From NCBI RefSeq assembly GCF_009914755.1, contig NC_060936.1: DNA of 64,000 bases; one strand, written 5' to 3'. Numbering within the stretch: position 1 is the first letter of the stretch; the number at the start of each line of letters is the position of its first letter. This document shows, in pieces, positions 1-13,700 of the stretch. The position numbers and the translations under genes were made by a program. The DNA is from the human T2T-CHM13v2.0 reference genome, Homo sapiens. The notes below the pieces were generated by a model. That model did no database searches. It saw only the letters and a program-made list of their open reading frames with translations, and was not told the origin of the DNA.

Positions 1-87
1 TGAACTCTGGAATGTCTAGTTCCAAAGGCTTATCACTTAACCACTATCTCCCCATTGCCTTAGGTAATATATTAGCCAAAAGAAGAG

Positions 88-335
88 CTACTTATTGAGA
101 TACTTATCCCTGGTTGGTAACATGGTAACACATCATTTACAGTGTACAAGATGTGTAGCCACTAACAACAACCCTTGAGGCAGGTGTTTATTAACTCTTC
201 TATTCTAGAGCTGAGTAAATTGAGACTTAAGGAAATTAAGGGACTTACCTAAAGTCATACTGCTAGCATGAGGCAGGATGAAGACCAGAAGTCAGGAACA
301 ACTCCTCTGCTGTTGCAACTGTACCACTCTGTACT
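88..335 (-). mobile_element. MIR SINE fragment
   Basis: Reverse-complement MIR core (gaaattaagggacttacctaaagtcatac; ctgagtaaattgagact). A further MIR end lies at 1-46. Confidence 0.6.
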
Positions 336-3300
336 ACAAAGAGGTAGAAGGAGAAGTGATGGGAGGTTTGTCTTTCAAAACACGTGCACATGCACTCCAC
401 AAGTAAGGAGGTACTAGTACTTCTCTTTGTGTTAATAAAAATAATAATTTGAATTAAAATGCCTCTCAATTTTAATTTTACAAAAATTCAGCAGCAATTA
501 AAACAATTCATTAGCCTAACAATAAATACCAACAGAATCACATATTTAGAGTCCTCATAAAATATTAAGGTATTACTGATTATAAAAAACATATTTTTCT
601 TGGTTTCTGTATTTAATAGCCTTTCAAGGGCTGGAGATTGTTTAGAATTACAGATAATGATTTTAAATCTTTTTCACTGTAGGAAAACATAGCAAGATAA
701 AACGAGGAACTCATTATCTACCTGTTTTAATATGAAAGCGGGTAAATTTTCCAAAATGAATTGTTAATGAAAACTCTGAACAGATAATAAACCACGAAGA
801 GACCTTTCAATCCCGTTAATTCTTGAAGTTGAAATTTTTAAATTTAAAATGGAGAGGAAAGAGTAAAAAACTCTATCCCTCTGAAGGATGTTTAGAGGAT
901 ATCATTCAAAAATTCGGTGCCAACAACAATTTATACACAGCATGAAGAACAATGAATTCCACTTCTGTGGTTGTATCTGGAGAATAAAACAAGTCAAAAG
1001 GAAAAATTCCAAAGAAGGTTTAAATTTATTCTCCAACCTCAGAGCCTAGTTCGAGTTCGCCTGTGTGGTTTTATTGCTTAGTTCACACATAGGAATTAGC
1101 ACTGGGGATCCTAAAAGCCTGTTTAAAAAAAAAAATCTTTTGCTCCTGGTGTTGATACAAGAAAACACTCTTTCTTAAATTCAGTATGTGATTATTTGCT
1201 TCCTCATAAGTTCAAAATGCATGAAAAGAGAGAGGGGAGTGTCTTTAAAAAAGAACATCCTTCCACCACATTTTAAAACATTGCTCTTTTGTCAATGACA
1301 GGCAATTGGGGGCTTCTAAAAACAAAGGAACATAGTGGTATCTTTCAAATTAGTCAAGAGGGAATTTAGTGTCAAGTTATGTTCATAACCAGATTACCCA
1401 TGGAGTTGCTTTCTGTAGTTACTTCTTTATAGGGAATATATATAACTTAAATTTTAAATCACCAAGATTTAACATTGATCTTTACTACAGTAAAATCCCA
1501 CTGTGGGGGAAGGAGGGGGAAACTCTTACCATGGCATTCCTTCAGGAATAACTTTTTATAGTTGCAACCAGATAAAATATGATTTGCCTATAAGATGAAA
1601 GCTACTACTATATTTTACCATCTGCATTATATATTACTGTGAAATTATATTAAAGTTATATTGAAATAAGTGCTAGAAGAAGACCAATTGTCTAACCAAA
1701 GAAAACATTCAGAAATCTAATAGTTTCAGAAAGGAGAAATGTAAGGTACAAAATGTATATTTTGCCGAAGTCGTATAACAGAATGATCAAGGAAAGAGCA
1801 TCTAAATTGCCTAGGAGTCTAGGCGTTCACAGTCATGTGTTAAACTCCAAGATAGGTGGAATCTCACCATCCTGACATAACCACATGAACCACTTGTAAA
1901 TATACCATTTACATTAGCATTTGAACTTTATCTGATACCTTTCCACACTTCAGAGGCCACTGCCAATCAAACTAGTTTTTTAAAATGCATTAGCTCTTTT
2001 TGTCTTGGTCAAGCTAATCAAAGTTTTTGTAATTTTGCACTTGGTAGCATCCACAATGTGGCACAAGTTTGAGATAAGAAAAATCTTAGAATTCTTTCGT
2101 TTGCTTCTTGAAACAGACACCAGATCCCTAATCTGTGTTTTCATTCAAGTTTGCTCATTTCCACTTATTTTATCTTAATATCTTTTTATATTTTGTAGAT
2201 GCAAATTTTCTTCTTGATTCAACATTGTCAAGAAAATGTACCTTATATATGAGGATTTCAAAGCTATCTTCTAAACTGTAAAGTAATATTTACATTCCCC
2301 AAAATTTGCCATCCCAAAAGATTTTTAATTACAAAGTTTAAAAAAACAAGATGCACCAATTTTCCCACTTTAAATATTTTCAATGACCTAATTTTTAAAT
2401 GATTTTTTAAAAACCAAACAGGTCCCTTTTGGGTAACCCTCATATCACCACCTACTTTGGGGTAGATGTAATGAAGCTGAGATATTGGGGTACAACATCT
2501 GGCAAGGACTTGTGAATTACAATTTTCTTTTACAACTGAAAACCATATCCTGGTCAGGTCTCAGTGGGGTTTAATGCTGTGAGAGCACACAAGGGTTGTT
2601 TTGATCTGTTATGGAGGAACACACATAGCTTTCAGTTCGCACTAATAACATCCCTGTGTCTGGTATACACCAATCCAGAGGCTACTAATTAAAGATTGGA
2701 ATTAACCAAACACAGTTTCACTACAAAACATGTGAAACTTATTAAAACTTAAAAGTAACTGCTGATTCTCAATACAGGCAAAACTAAAGAATGTAGGAGT
2801 CTTGTGGGTTACTTAAGCAAAAAATTTTAAAGCACACTCAAGATGCCTCAGGTCTGCACACTCAGTACCCAATGTGTCAACATAATAGAAAAAAGTGCAA
2901 AACTTTTAAGATTACTGAAACCAAGAGATGAAAAGAATTTAACAGGTAAGCAGCCCATTTCCTTCACCAGGGTTAACTTCCACTCTGAGTCTTTGGTCTA
3001 ACAAATACTTATATTTGCAGTTGTTGGAACAATTACCTTACCATTTTCTCACCAGAAAATTGTTTGTTGATCTGGTAACAAAAGGGGGAGTTGGGACCAG
3101 TGGAAGACGGCCAGAGGTGGTGAGTTTCAGCAGCCAATTACATAATTCAAAATAAGACTACAAATTTTGTTTATTTTTAAAATTTTTATCTATGTGTAAT
3201 ACACAAACAGAATAGTGCATATTTCATGAGTAGACACCTTATTGAATTTTCACAAACTGAATCTATCCATGTAAGCAGCACCTAGACCATGATACAGACT

Positions 3301-3639
3301 ATTACCAGCATTCTTACAATTTTTTTTTGACTTAGCACTGTCTCGCTACTCACAGTCAGCATTTACATCTTGTCCTACATCATGATTAGAAAGAATAGTA
3401 AAGCCCCAAATCTGGAAAGCAATGGGAGATGGCAACAGCCAGTGTTGAGTTCTCTCTGCTTGTGGTTTTGACAGGGCTACCAGGTCCCAAAATGTTGTGT
3501 GTGACACCAACTGCTCAAGGTAGATTATTCAAGAAAGGCGGAGAAGAGGGGAACAAAACATTTCAATTAAAGCTCTTTCCCGAGGAGGTGCACCCAAAGC
3601 TGTGGTTTATAAAAGTCGTGAATGCACTGTGCTTTGGGG

Positions 3640-3870
3640 GCTAAGATCCCAGGTTCTAGAATCAAAGAGATTCTATCTCTACAATTTACTAGCAGGGAGA
3701 CCTGGTCCAAATTATTTAATCTCTCTGAACCTCAGTGGCCTCATCATCTTTATTTAGATGGATCAGCCTCACTGAGTTATTGAGAAGATCAGGTGAGATC
3801 CCCTACAGTTGTATATGGAAAGGGCTGAACATAAAGTAGGAATCAAAAAATGGCATTGATCATTATTATT
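3640..3870 (+). mobile_element. MIR SINE
   Basis: gacctggtccaaattatttaatctctctgaacctcagt matches the MIR core. Confidence 0.65.
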
Positions 3871-4109
3871 GCAATGATCAAAAAGCAGAATCACTCATTG
3901 GAGAAGTAAACCTCCTGGTTTTCTCCTCTGTTGAGTATCAGTTCACCCTCTGCTTGTAGGTTTTTTTTAATCTCTCTCTCAGTGTGTTCAAACTAATTTT
4001 AAGACTAAAGGGTAAGTGACTCCCTTTGGTGAAAGAACCAGTGTACTCCATTTCTTCTCTCTTCTGGATTTACATAACTTAGGAACTTTAAACAAATATC
4101 TCCTAGCAT

Positions 4110-4292
4110 TTATTATACACCAGCTTTCCAATTTTGGTGTGCATAAACATCACCCAGATTTCTGGTGCCTCATACCTAAATATTCTCCTCTAGTTGACTT
4201 GTGGTGAGGCCCAGGAATCTCCATGCTATCAAGCAGAATGTGCATGAAGTCAGTACCCAGGTGATTCTGACATAGGTAGTCCCTAGGTCACC
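4110..4292. mobile_element. MER5-type hAT-Charlie DNA transposon fragment
   Basis: ggtgaggcccaggaatct...cccaggtgattctga motifs typical of MER5A/B. Confidence 0.55.
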
Positions 4293-4973
4293 CATTCAGA
4301 AATGTAGACCCTCTGAGTCTTGGGACCTCAGAGATGATAAAGAGCACCTGCTGAACCAGAAGAATTTTCACGGATTTGATTTTCTGTGCTAAGTAGACAG
4401 TATCCACAGCTAATACTTTCCAAACATTAAAGGAATTTCCCAATGAATGAAAAAAAATTCTCCAAACATATGAGTGGCTGGCCTTCATTTCAGATAAGTC
4501 ATTTGCATGTCATTAATAGTCCTAAGCAGAAATTAGATGTTAATGAAATGAGTTGAGTCAAATCAATGCAACTTTAAAATTCATGAAAGCAAAAATAAGA
4601 TTTCTGCTGATGTATAAATGTAACATTTTTCTCATTATGGTTTTCTATTCCTTGAGCATATTTCTTGGCATCTGACGTTCTCTATATTTTGGCATTTTCA
4701 GTTCTTACTTTTTCTCTAAAAATAAGCTTATCAGCACCACAGCCAAGACATTTTTGTAAAATATTTTATTTACAGGTATACAGGTGCAGATGTGTATATA
4801 CTGAAATAAGCATAACGCTTTGCTGAATGAATAATTCTTTCTGGCCTTCACATTTTCCTCCATTTTCTCCTTTTCCATTGTCGTCATCAGCACCTCACTC
4901 AGTGCATATCAAATTATGTCCACATTTGTTTAAAAGATCTATCCGTTCACTAAGTCCAATTATAGGTCTTTCT

Positions 4974-5289
4974 TTTTTTCTTTTTCTTTTTTTTTTTTTT
5001 TTTTTTTTTTGAGACAGAGTGTCACTCTTTCGCCAGGCTGGAGTGCAGTGGTGCGATCTCGGCTCACTGCAATCTCCGCCTCCGGGTTCAAGCAATTCTC
5101 CTGCCTCAACCTCCTGAAAAGCTGGGGTTACAGTCGCATGCCACCACACCGGGCTACTTTTTCATATTTTTATTAGAGATGGGGTTTCACCATATTGGCC
5201 AGGCTGGTCTTGAACTCCTGATCTTGTGATCCACCCGCCTCAGCCTCCCAAAATGCTGGGATTACAGGCATGAGCCATGGCACCTGGCC
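4974..5289 (-). mobile_element. AluS (Sc/Sg-like)
   Basis: Full dimer in reverse complement with poly-T; TSD ttataggtctttct on both sides. Confidence 0.95.
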
Positions 5290-6944
5290 CCAGTTATAGG
5301 TCTTTCTACAAAACAATTTGATATTCTTAAATAAGACTGCCATCCAGATTCTAAGTTTAGTTTTCTTCAGTTGAGCTCAATACGCATTTATATAGGACCT
5401 ACTATGTGCCTGATTCAATTAGGCTGGGTTGGTTATTTTCACAAGCTGATTGGGAAATGAAAACTACATTGTGGTGAAGCACAAGCTGGAATGAGGACAA
5501 GATGACACTTATCTCAATCAAAGAAGTACCAGTGGCAAATATGAGCTGTGGATAGACAGATCACTCAGCTCCCAACATATTTGAATTTGCTTTCATCACA
5601 GATCATTTTCAGTTCCCTTCCTAGACACTCCACCCACAGTCCTACCCAGAGAGCACAGTTGTTAGAAACTGTTTGCTAACACAGTGCTAGTCTGCCAAAT
5701 ACTGGTCCAGGATCTGACATTGCCAAATCTGCCTGCCTTTCTAAGAGGACCTGAGCAACCTATTTCTGAGAAAGCACCTGCTGAAGAAAGAAAGAAAAGC
5801 TTTAGCGCTAGATAAAAATAGATCAATATTACTGCTTGTCCTGAGAAGAAGTAAGGATGACTGTGTGACTTTTTTTCCCATGCTCTTCGAATTTTCCATA
5901 GTTAAAATGTAACTTTCACAATTGGAAAAAGTAACTTTTAAAAAGTAAATAAGGAAAGGTGTATCTTAAATTGGAGTGTCCTAGCATTAGAAATTATAGT
6001 ATAGAGTCATTGTAATTGCTGCTGTTATCAGATATTCTTGTTTGTATTTTAAATTCAAACGCGTGTTAAATTCAATAATGTAGTCACTTTGAAAAAGGAC
6101 CCTCAACAGAATACACACAGTTGCTTTTTTCTTGGATGACAAGATTTCAAGCATGAGAGAGATCGAAAATGGTTTTGTTTTCTTCCTTTTCCCTCCAAGT
6201 TTTCTAAAATAAGCATGAATAACTTTTATAAATTAGAAACATACCAATAAATGTTATTATTTGGAAAGAAGATTTTAGACTCGCTGAAGCCCACAGATAT
6301 TTGGACTTTGCCCTAATTTATTTCTACTCTCCAAGATTTTGCAGGATTTCAGAGTGGTGGACAATTTCTTAAAATAACATTCAATAAATTCATTTGCTTT
6401 TATGATTTTATAATTAGATACCTTGTAAATATTGTTGATTTAAGTCTTTTTGGTGTTGGCATGAATTGAATTCAGGAAACTGTACAGTTAACACAATTCA
6501 ATCTCATTTGGATATGGCCTTTTAAATGAGCAAGCATCAGATTGACAATGTAGGGTTTGTGAAAGTGTCTCATTACCTAGGATTATCATAATCCTGGAAA
6601 TGACACATTTTTAAATTTGTAGATTCATTTTAAGACCACAGAGAAAGCTGAAAGAAGGATCCTATATTTATTGTGACCAAGTGTTCCTGGCCCACTATCT
6701 TTAATAGCCAAGACCACATTGCTCTATCCCCAGAGCTCTGTTCAGGAAGGTATAAAAGGTATGAACATTTAAGAGGGCCTGGTAAAATCTTCACCTTAAC
6801 TGCTCAAAGTGTACCTCATTCTAGGGGTAAAACTTAGCAGCTTCCAACTAAAGGTGAGTGGCACATTTCTTAAAACAGATGTTGAAGTCAGTAAACTCAG
6901 TCTTTGTCTAACGTATCATCCTACTGGACCAAATAAGAGTTTAG

Positions 6945-7362
<418 letters not shown>

Positions 7363-7599
7363 CACATAGAATTTCTATGTTTCCACTTAATGACAATCTT
7401 TAACATTGAAAAACACAATTTAAGACATATAGTACTTTAAAATAATACTACTCAGAAAAAAGAGAAAGATGCACACATCAATCTGTTTTAACTTACAGGA
7501 TCTGCATTTATAAGCCTAAAAGAAATTATACATTTTAAATACAACTCTGGATAATTGCCTTCTTCAATGGGTGCATCACTGAGAAGAAAGTTCTCTTAA

Positions 7600-7979
<380 letters not shown>

Positions 7980-8164
7980 AAGATGTATTACTTTAAGCAG
8001 CAAAGTTCAGCTCAGTGAATGGCCTACTGAAGGGCACACGAGCAAAGTGTTCAGCACTGAGACCCAGAGGCCACTGGTTTCTCTGCAAGGTTCTGTAATT
8101 ACTGGTGAAGTCCTTGGGCCTGAGCTAGGCTGTCTGTGGTTTGCTTTGCATATACTGGGATGTG

Positions 8165-8432
8165 AATGGTAATGAAGCATATGGTTAAGGGCTGGCACTA
8201 TTCTGCAGCCAGACTGCTTGTGTTCAAATACCCAGGTCCCCTACTTACTAGCTTGTGATCTTAAGTGGCCTATTTTAGTTATTTCTGCCTCTGTTGCCTT
8301 GCCTATGGATGAGGATAATATTAAAAATATCACTATATCATAAGGTTGTTGTAAGGTGTCAGTGAAGTTAATTCATGTAAAATTCTTCAGGCAATGCCTG
8401 ATGCATAAAAAAGTGTAATGTAAGTATTAACT
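8165..8432 (+). mobile_element. MIR SINE, near full length
   Basis: atggttaagggc...gccagactgcttgtgttcaaat...acttactagcttgtgatctt...ggttgttgtaagg. Confidence 0.75.
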
Positions 8433-9479
8433 GTATTTATAAACGCAGTCAGTGTGAAGATACAAGTGAGAGAAAAATCAAGAAGGAAGTAAGAGCACTG
8501 CCGAAAATTGTCTTAGAAAAAATTACAAATGATATGAAAGTCATCTTAGAAAAAATTACAAATGATATGCATGGTTCTAAGTTATGAAGTCTCAGAGGGT
8601 TTGTTGGTTTTTTTTTTTTCTTCCTCTTCCATCTGGGTGAAAGTCTCCAAAAAATTTGAATAGAGACTTCTATATCATCATCCAAACTTTCCCATAAACA
8701 AAAAATAATCTCCCACAAGGCTGAGATAGAATTTTAAAGAAATAGCAGACACTTGTGAAACATGTTCCCCCATAAAAGTAATGACCAAAACTTGTTCTCA
8801 ATTTCACGCAGAACCTATTGTGTTAAGAAGTGAATCACTGGGGGACTGAACATCAATTGCTTGCCCGTGTTCAAAATATTTTTTAATCACAGACCGCCAG
8901 TGGGAAATGGCACAGAAGAATAAGGAGGCTATCTAATGAATGGGAGGCACAATGGCAAGAGTCTAATTCAGCAGATTTTTCAAAGGCCTTTCCAACAGCT
9001 ATTATAGCAGTCAAATGAAGGGGAAGGTAACAGCGGATTATTACCTTTCACTCAACACTTTTTCCTCTGCCAAGAATTTTTTAAATGTCACAGGAATATA
9101 ATTCACATGCTTCACAGATTGTGAACAATTTTCTCTAAACCTTCAACCATGTATCCAGCAGCACCTAAACTCAATATAATCCGAGCACGACAGCAAATGG
9201 CCAACACACCATCTGTCCTGCCACTCCAACTCCCCAAGGTATAAATGAGAGGACTCCATGTGGCACTTGACCACAGAGGCAGAAAAACAAATGCTGCTGG
9301 GAGTGGTGTGATGTGAACATGCTGTAGCTCTGCCAAAACACGTGAAAAGCTGGGAGCCATAGCACAGAACGAGTGCAGTGGGAAACTCTTCTTGATGGTC
9401 ATTTTATCAACTTGGCTGACTATAGAAAGGGAAAGATCCTCCTGAACATTGCAGCGCCAGTCATTCACGAGCTGTGAAA

Positions 9480-9612
9480 GCTTGCTGTATGCCAGGCACT
9501 GTGCTAAAAGCTTTACTGCAAGTATTATCTCATTTATCCTATAAACCCTATTTTACACTTAAGAAACTGAGGCACATGCAGGTTAAGTGTTTTACCCAAT
9601 GTCTCCCATTAG
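9480..9612 (-). mobile_element. MIR fragment
   Basis: tatgccaggcactgtgctaa...gaaactgaggcac...ggttaagt. Confidence 0.7.
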
Positions 9613-10044
9613 CAATTGTGATACTGCATAATCAACACTCAATATGCACTTGAATGAGTAAGTGAATAAATGAGTGAATGCATTTCAGAGTATCTAGTTT
9701 CTCAACATACAAATTCACTAGGTATTCACATATTGCTAGATCTGAAGGGAAAGGACACCATAAAAGGGTGAGGATCTTTGAAAATGACTCAGATTCCTTA
9801 ACAGAATGGCAAAGAATCATTAATTGCATACTGCAGAGAAACATAGAGACCATCACACACCCTCCTCCTCTTCCTTATCTTTTCTTCTGCTGTTGAATTT
9901 CCGATGAATATGTTTAAACTGGCTTTTCACGGTTCTGGGTAACCATTATGACTGTGGTTTTGTTTGGAGCTAGCAGTTTATTGGTCTCCCATAAATGGTG
10001 GCAATTCTCTCACAGTAGCAGTCATCTGGTAGGAAGCCAGGCAC

Positions 10045-10445
10045 TCATTTGTTTGTTCATTTATTCTACAAGTACTCATGGACTATCTATCAAATGTCAG
10101 GCCCTGAAGATACGGTGGTGAACAAGATTCAGTCCTGCTTTCAGAGTCTTACAATCTAGCAGGAAAGCCCAGTGGTAAACAAATAACTAATTGCCCAAGA
10201 GTTAATAAATTACAGTTGACATACATGTTATCACAAAGAGGTACATCACACAGAAAGATGTAACAGTGTTGTCAGCCCAGCCTGGAGGAGTCAAGGAAGG
10301 CTTCATTGACATGACATTCAAGCTGAGACCCATGGAAAATGAATGCATGTTTGTTAAGAGGCATGGGGATCAGGTAGCGTTAGGTAAAAATATTCTAAAC
10401 AGAGCATTTGCAAAGACTTTGAAACAGGAAGGAGCTGGATGCAAT
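10045..10445 (-). mobile_element. L2 LINE 3' fragment
   Basis: ttcatttattctacaagtactc...ggtgaacaaga...cttacaatctagcagg...gtcaaggaaggcttc. Confidence 0.65.
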
Positions 10446-10480
10446 ATGAGTGTTCATTTTAATTATTAAATAATGAACAA

Positions 10481-10716
10481 GTGGCTCATGCCTGTAATCC
10501 CAGCAGGGGAGGCTGAGGCGGGAGGATCACTTGAACCCAGTAGTTCAAAACCAGTCTAGGTAACATAGGAAGACCTCTTCTCTACAAAAAAATTTTAAAA
10601 TTAACCAGGCATGGTGGCACTCCCCTGTGGTTCTAGCTACTCAGGAGGCGGAGGTGGGAGGTTTGCTTTAGCCCCAGAGGTCACATTCCAGCCTGGGCGA
10701 TGGAGCAAGACCCTGT

Positions 10717-10745
<29 letters not shown>
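10481..10745 (+). mobile_element. AluJ (5'-clipped, internal deletion)
   Basis: ggaggatcacttgaaccc, ggaggtttgctttagccc, poly-A tail. Confidence 0.9.
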
Positions 10746-10749
<4 letters not shown>

Positions 10750-13700
10750 CTCTTTATTGATTGGCAATAGAGTAGTATCTTCTGGAAACTGCCATATAAG
10801 CTGAGCACTAAAAAATAAGATGCTACAAAACAGACCCCAAAAATGTATTCAAACCCTAAACAATCACCATTGGCAGTGGTATAGAAAATCTTTTGGAATT
10901 ATTTGCTCTAGAAGCAACCTCTGAAGTATTCATGAATCCACCATGAAGATCCTATGTCCTCTCTCAGCATCTGCCTGCCCCAATCCAGCATAAGATGGCA
11001 GAGGGAAAGGGGGAGAAATAGAAAGAATTCTACAGTCTCTGTCTGTTTAAAAAACATTATTTCCAAAACATTCATTTGATGATGATTCTGCTCTTCCAGC
11101 AAAGCAAAGCAGGGTGGCAGCTGGCCCACTGCACTTCCCTGGCCCCGCCACCCCACACACTTCCTTCCCTGAATTTCTCCACCCACCTTTAAAGTTAGAC
11201 GTATGCATTTGCCAAAGTAAACAGAGATGCCTTAAAAAAAATATATATATATATAGGAGGGAAATGCGGAGAAAGGGGATCATAAATCCCTCCAGGACTT
11301 CTTGCACTTCGTGATTCACACAGCAAAATCATCTGAATGCCAACCTGACTCCTGTAGCTTTTCAAAACACGTGAAAAACCCGGTTCCCCAGCTTAAGTGG
11401 CCTAAAAAGCAGGCCCCCCAACTGATCGCATTCAAGGTGTGTGGTCCAGAAAATCAATCCATTTGGAGGACAAAGCCTACACCTCTTCTTTGCAAGTTCA
11501 TTTGGTTTCCTCACTCATTGTTTTCTTCAGGTAATGCCTGCAACCTAAGTAGGATTAGTAAATTAAGTAGCCCTTGATAAAGGGAACACAGGAAACATAG
11601 GAAGGAGGGAGGGAAGGAGCGGGTAGAGGGAGGTGCTGAAGAGGGAGTTGGGAGGCCTCCTTCATACTGGGACCTTAGGAAGCGATTGATCAAAGCCTTC
11701 TGATGCTTCAGGTTCTGGGTAATGCAGCAAAGAGCTAAAATTACTAAATTTTTACTTAGAAATGATTATGAAGCTGAATCACGGGTCACTCAGCATTTTC
11801 CTAATTTGGAACCCCTGGAGGCTACTCTGACTAAAACAGTCCCAATTTGGCATGGAAATGAACTAAGAGCCTCCCAGCGCACATGGGCTTTTCAATAATC
11901 TCAAACCTTTTTCAAGACGCCAGGCAGGGATTTAACTTTGCCCATCTCTCACACAAAATCACTCACAGTTTATGACTGGCTTTTAAAACTGAATTCTGAA
12001 GAAATTATGTACTGATTCAGCTTATTCTGAGTTCTGTTTTGAGTTTTAAAGCAATCCCATTGTTTTAACCAAACAAAAAAGTTTTGACTTCAGCATAATA
12101 AATAAGAAAAAAAACCATATAAGCTATAGATTGAATTCTCTTTTCTTCAGAAGATTTCCTCTCTGCCAATAGTTCTTAAAGGAAAATCAGGGCCTCAAGG
12201 CTAATGTTCTCATTTTCATTTTGTCCTCACTCAGTTTCCACAAGCACAACCACTACCTTGCCCAATTGCAGGAAACATGGTTTTTTTTGTTTTTTTTTTT
12301 TGTTTTTTTGTAAACCGTAGTGTGAATGGTACAATGTGGAATAACTGTTCCAAAAGTATATCAAGGATGGAGGTTGTAGAATATTCTAGAACACTGGCCT
12401 TACGTACGTCAGCTTCTACATTTCCACTGTGCTTCTCCCAACCACTCTCTCTCCAAAATAATTCTTTTTGTCACAAAATCCCAGTGCAAGGGAGAAAAAG
12501 AGGACTAGGGGAAGCAGGGCTGGGTGAGAAACAGGTTTATTGGAAACACACATTCAAACATCCTTCTGAGCCACTGTTGCCCTGAAGAAGCCTAAAGTCG
12601 ATTTCCTTTTTGCATCTTCTTAAATTGAAGTATTTTCCACAGAGTGCCATTTCAGCCCCCCTCATTGTGAATACCACACAAAGATTCACATAACTTTTGG
12701 AACATATAACTATAGTTCATTTCACGCTTGTAATCTTGAGCTTCTTGCATCAACTTAGTTTCCTGTTGTTTCCCCCAAGCTTTTGCTCTTCACAGAGGGA
12801 CATCTCTGGGCAGTGGCACAATTTTTGCTGATAAAGTTAAATTGACCCTAGTGATATAGGGCAATTTGAACTGACAAAGAATTCAGACTAGGTAGGATAA
12901 GGAAAGGTGCTTGGAAACTAATGACTTAGTTTTTGAATGCTCTGTTCCCAGGCTGTACTTCCGGGAGTATCAAACTTCTAGGACACTTAATATGTTGCTG
13001 AGGGTGTGCTACTTCAGCAATGAACTGTTTACTATATAGAGAACAAGAGAAAAAACAAATTTCCCCCAAAAGTGTTGGAGAATGCAAAGATATATTTAAT
13101 AACATTTGATGGGGGTGGAGAAAGAGCTTTTTTTTCAAGAACTTTTTTTGGCACCACAAAATTAAAGGATTTTCTAACCCTGTCTTCTTTTCGTCTTTCC
13201 CAGAGAAGGAAATTGTAAAGGCCAGCCCTTGAAAAATAATATAGCAAAATCTAACTTTATTCCCCTAATCTCTTAATAATGCTGCAGCTGGCCATGATCT
13301 ATTTAGCATAACACAAAAATAATGCATTTGTACCAAGCAGATTTGAAATGCTTTAAAATAATGAAAGCTATTTACTTGATTGATTAAGTTAAAGTGTTTA
13401 CATAAAAGTGTCATATTTTGACATCAGTCATACAACACCACATCTGGTACTTCTAATTAAATTGTGTGAAAAAGACTACATTTTTTATTCGGTTGCAACA
13501 ATATGGCTAATGGGAAGTACAAACGTATTCGTCATGCCCAGAGCCTGGGATCTGCAGTTATGGCATGTGGCTGCTAAAATCCCCAGATTTGGATTTTGCA
13601 AAGCTTTCATAGCCTCTAACACATGTTTTGCCTGAACAAAGACTGAAAAACTGAGCTACACCTCTGTGAGTCAACGGTTACTATTTTTCCTATTTTGATT

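Noticed and set aside
2778-2945. Possible exon (tacag|...CAG|GTAAGC)
   Set aside because: Good donor but weak pyrimidine tract and stops in all three frames; unsupported without RNA data.
9112-9468. 118-aa minus-strand ORF in unique sequence
   Set aside because: No recognisable domain, non-ATG start and no convincing splice boundaries.
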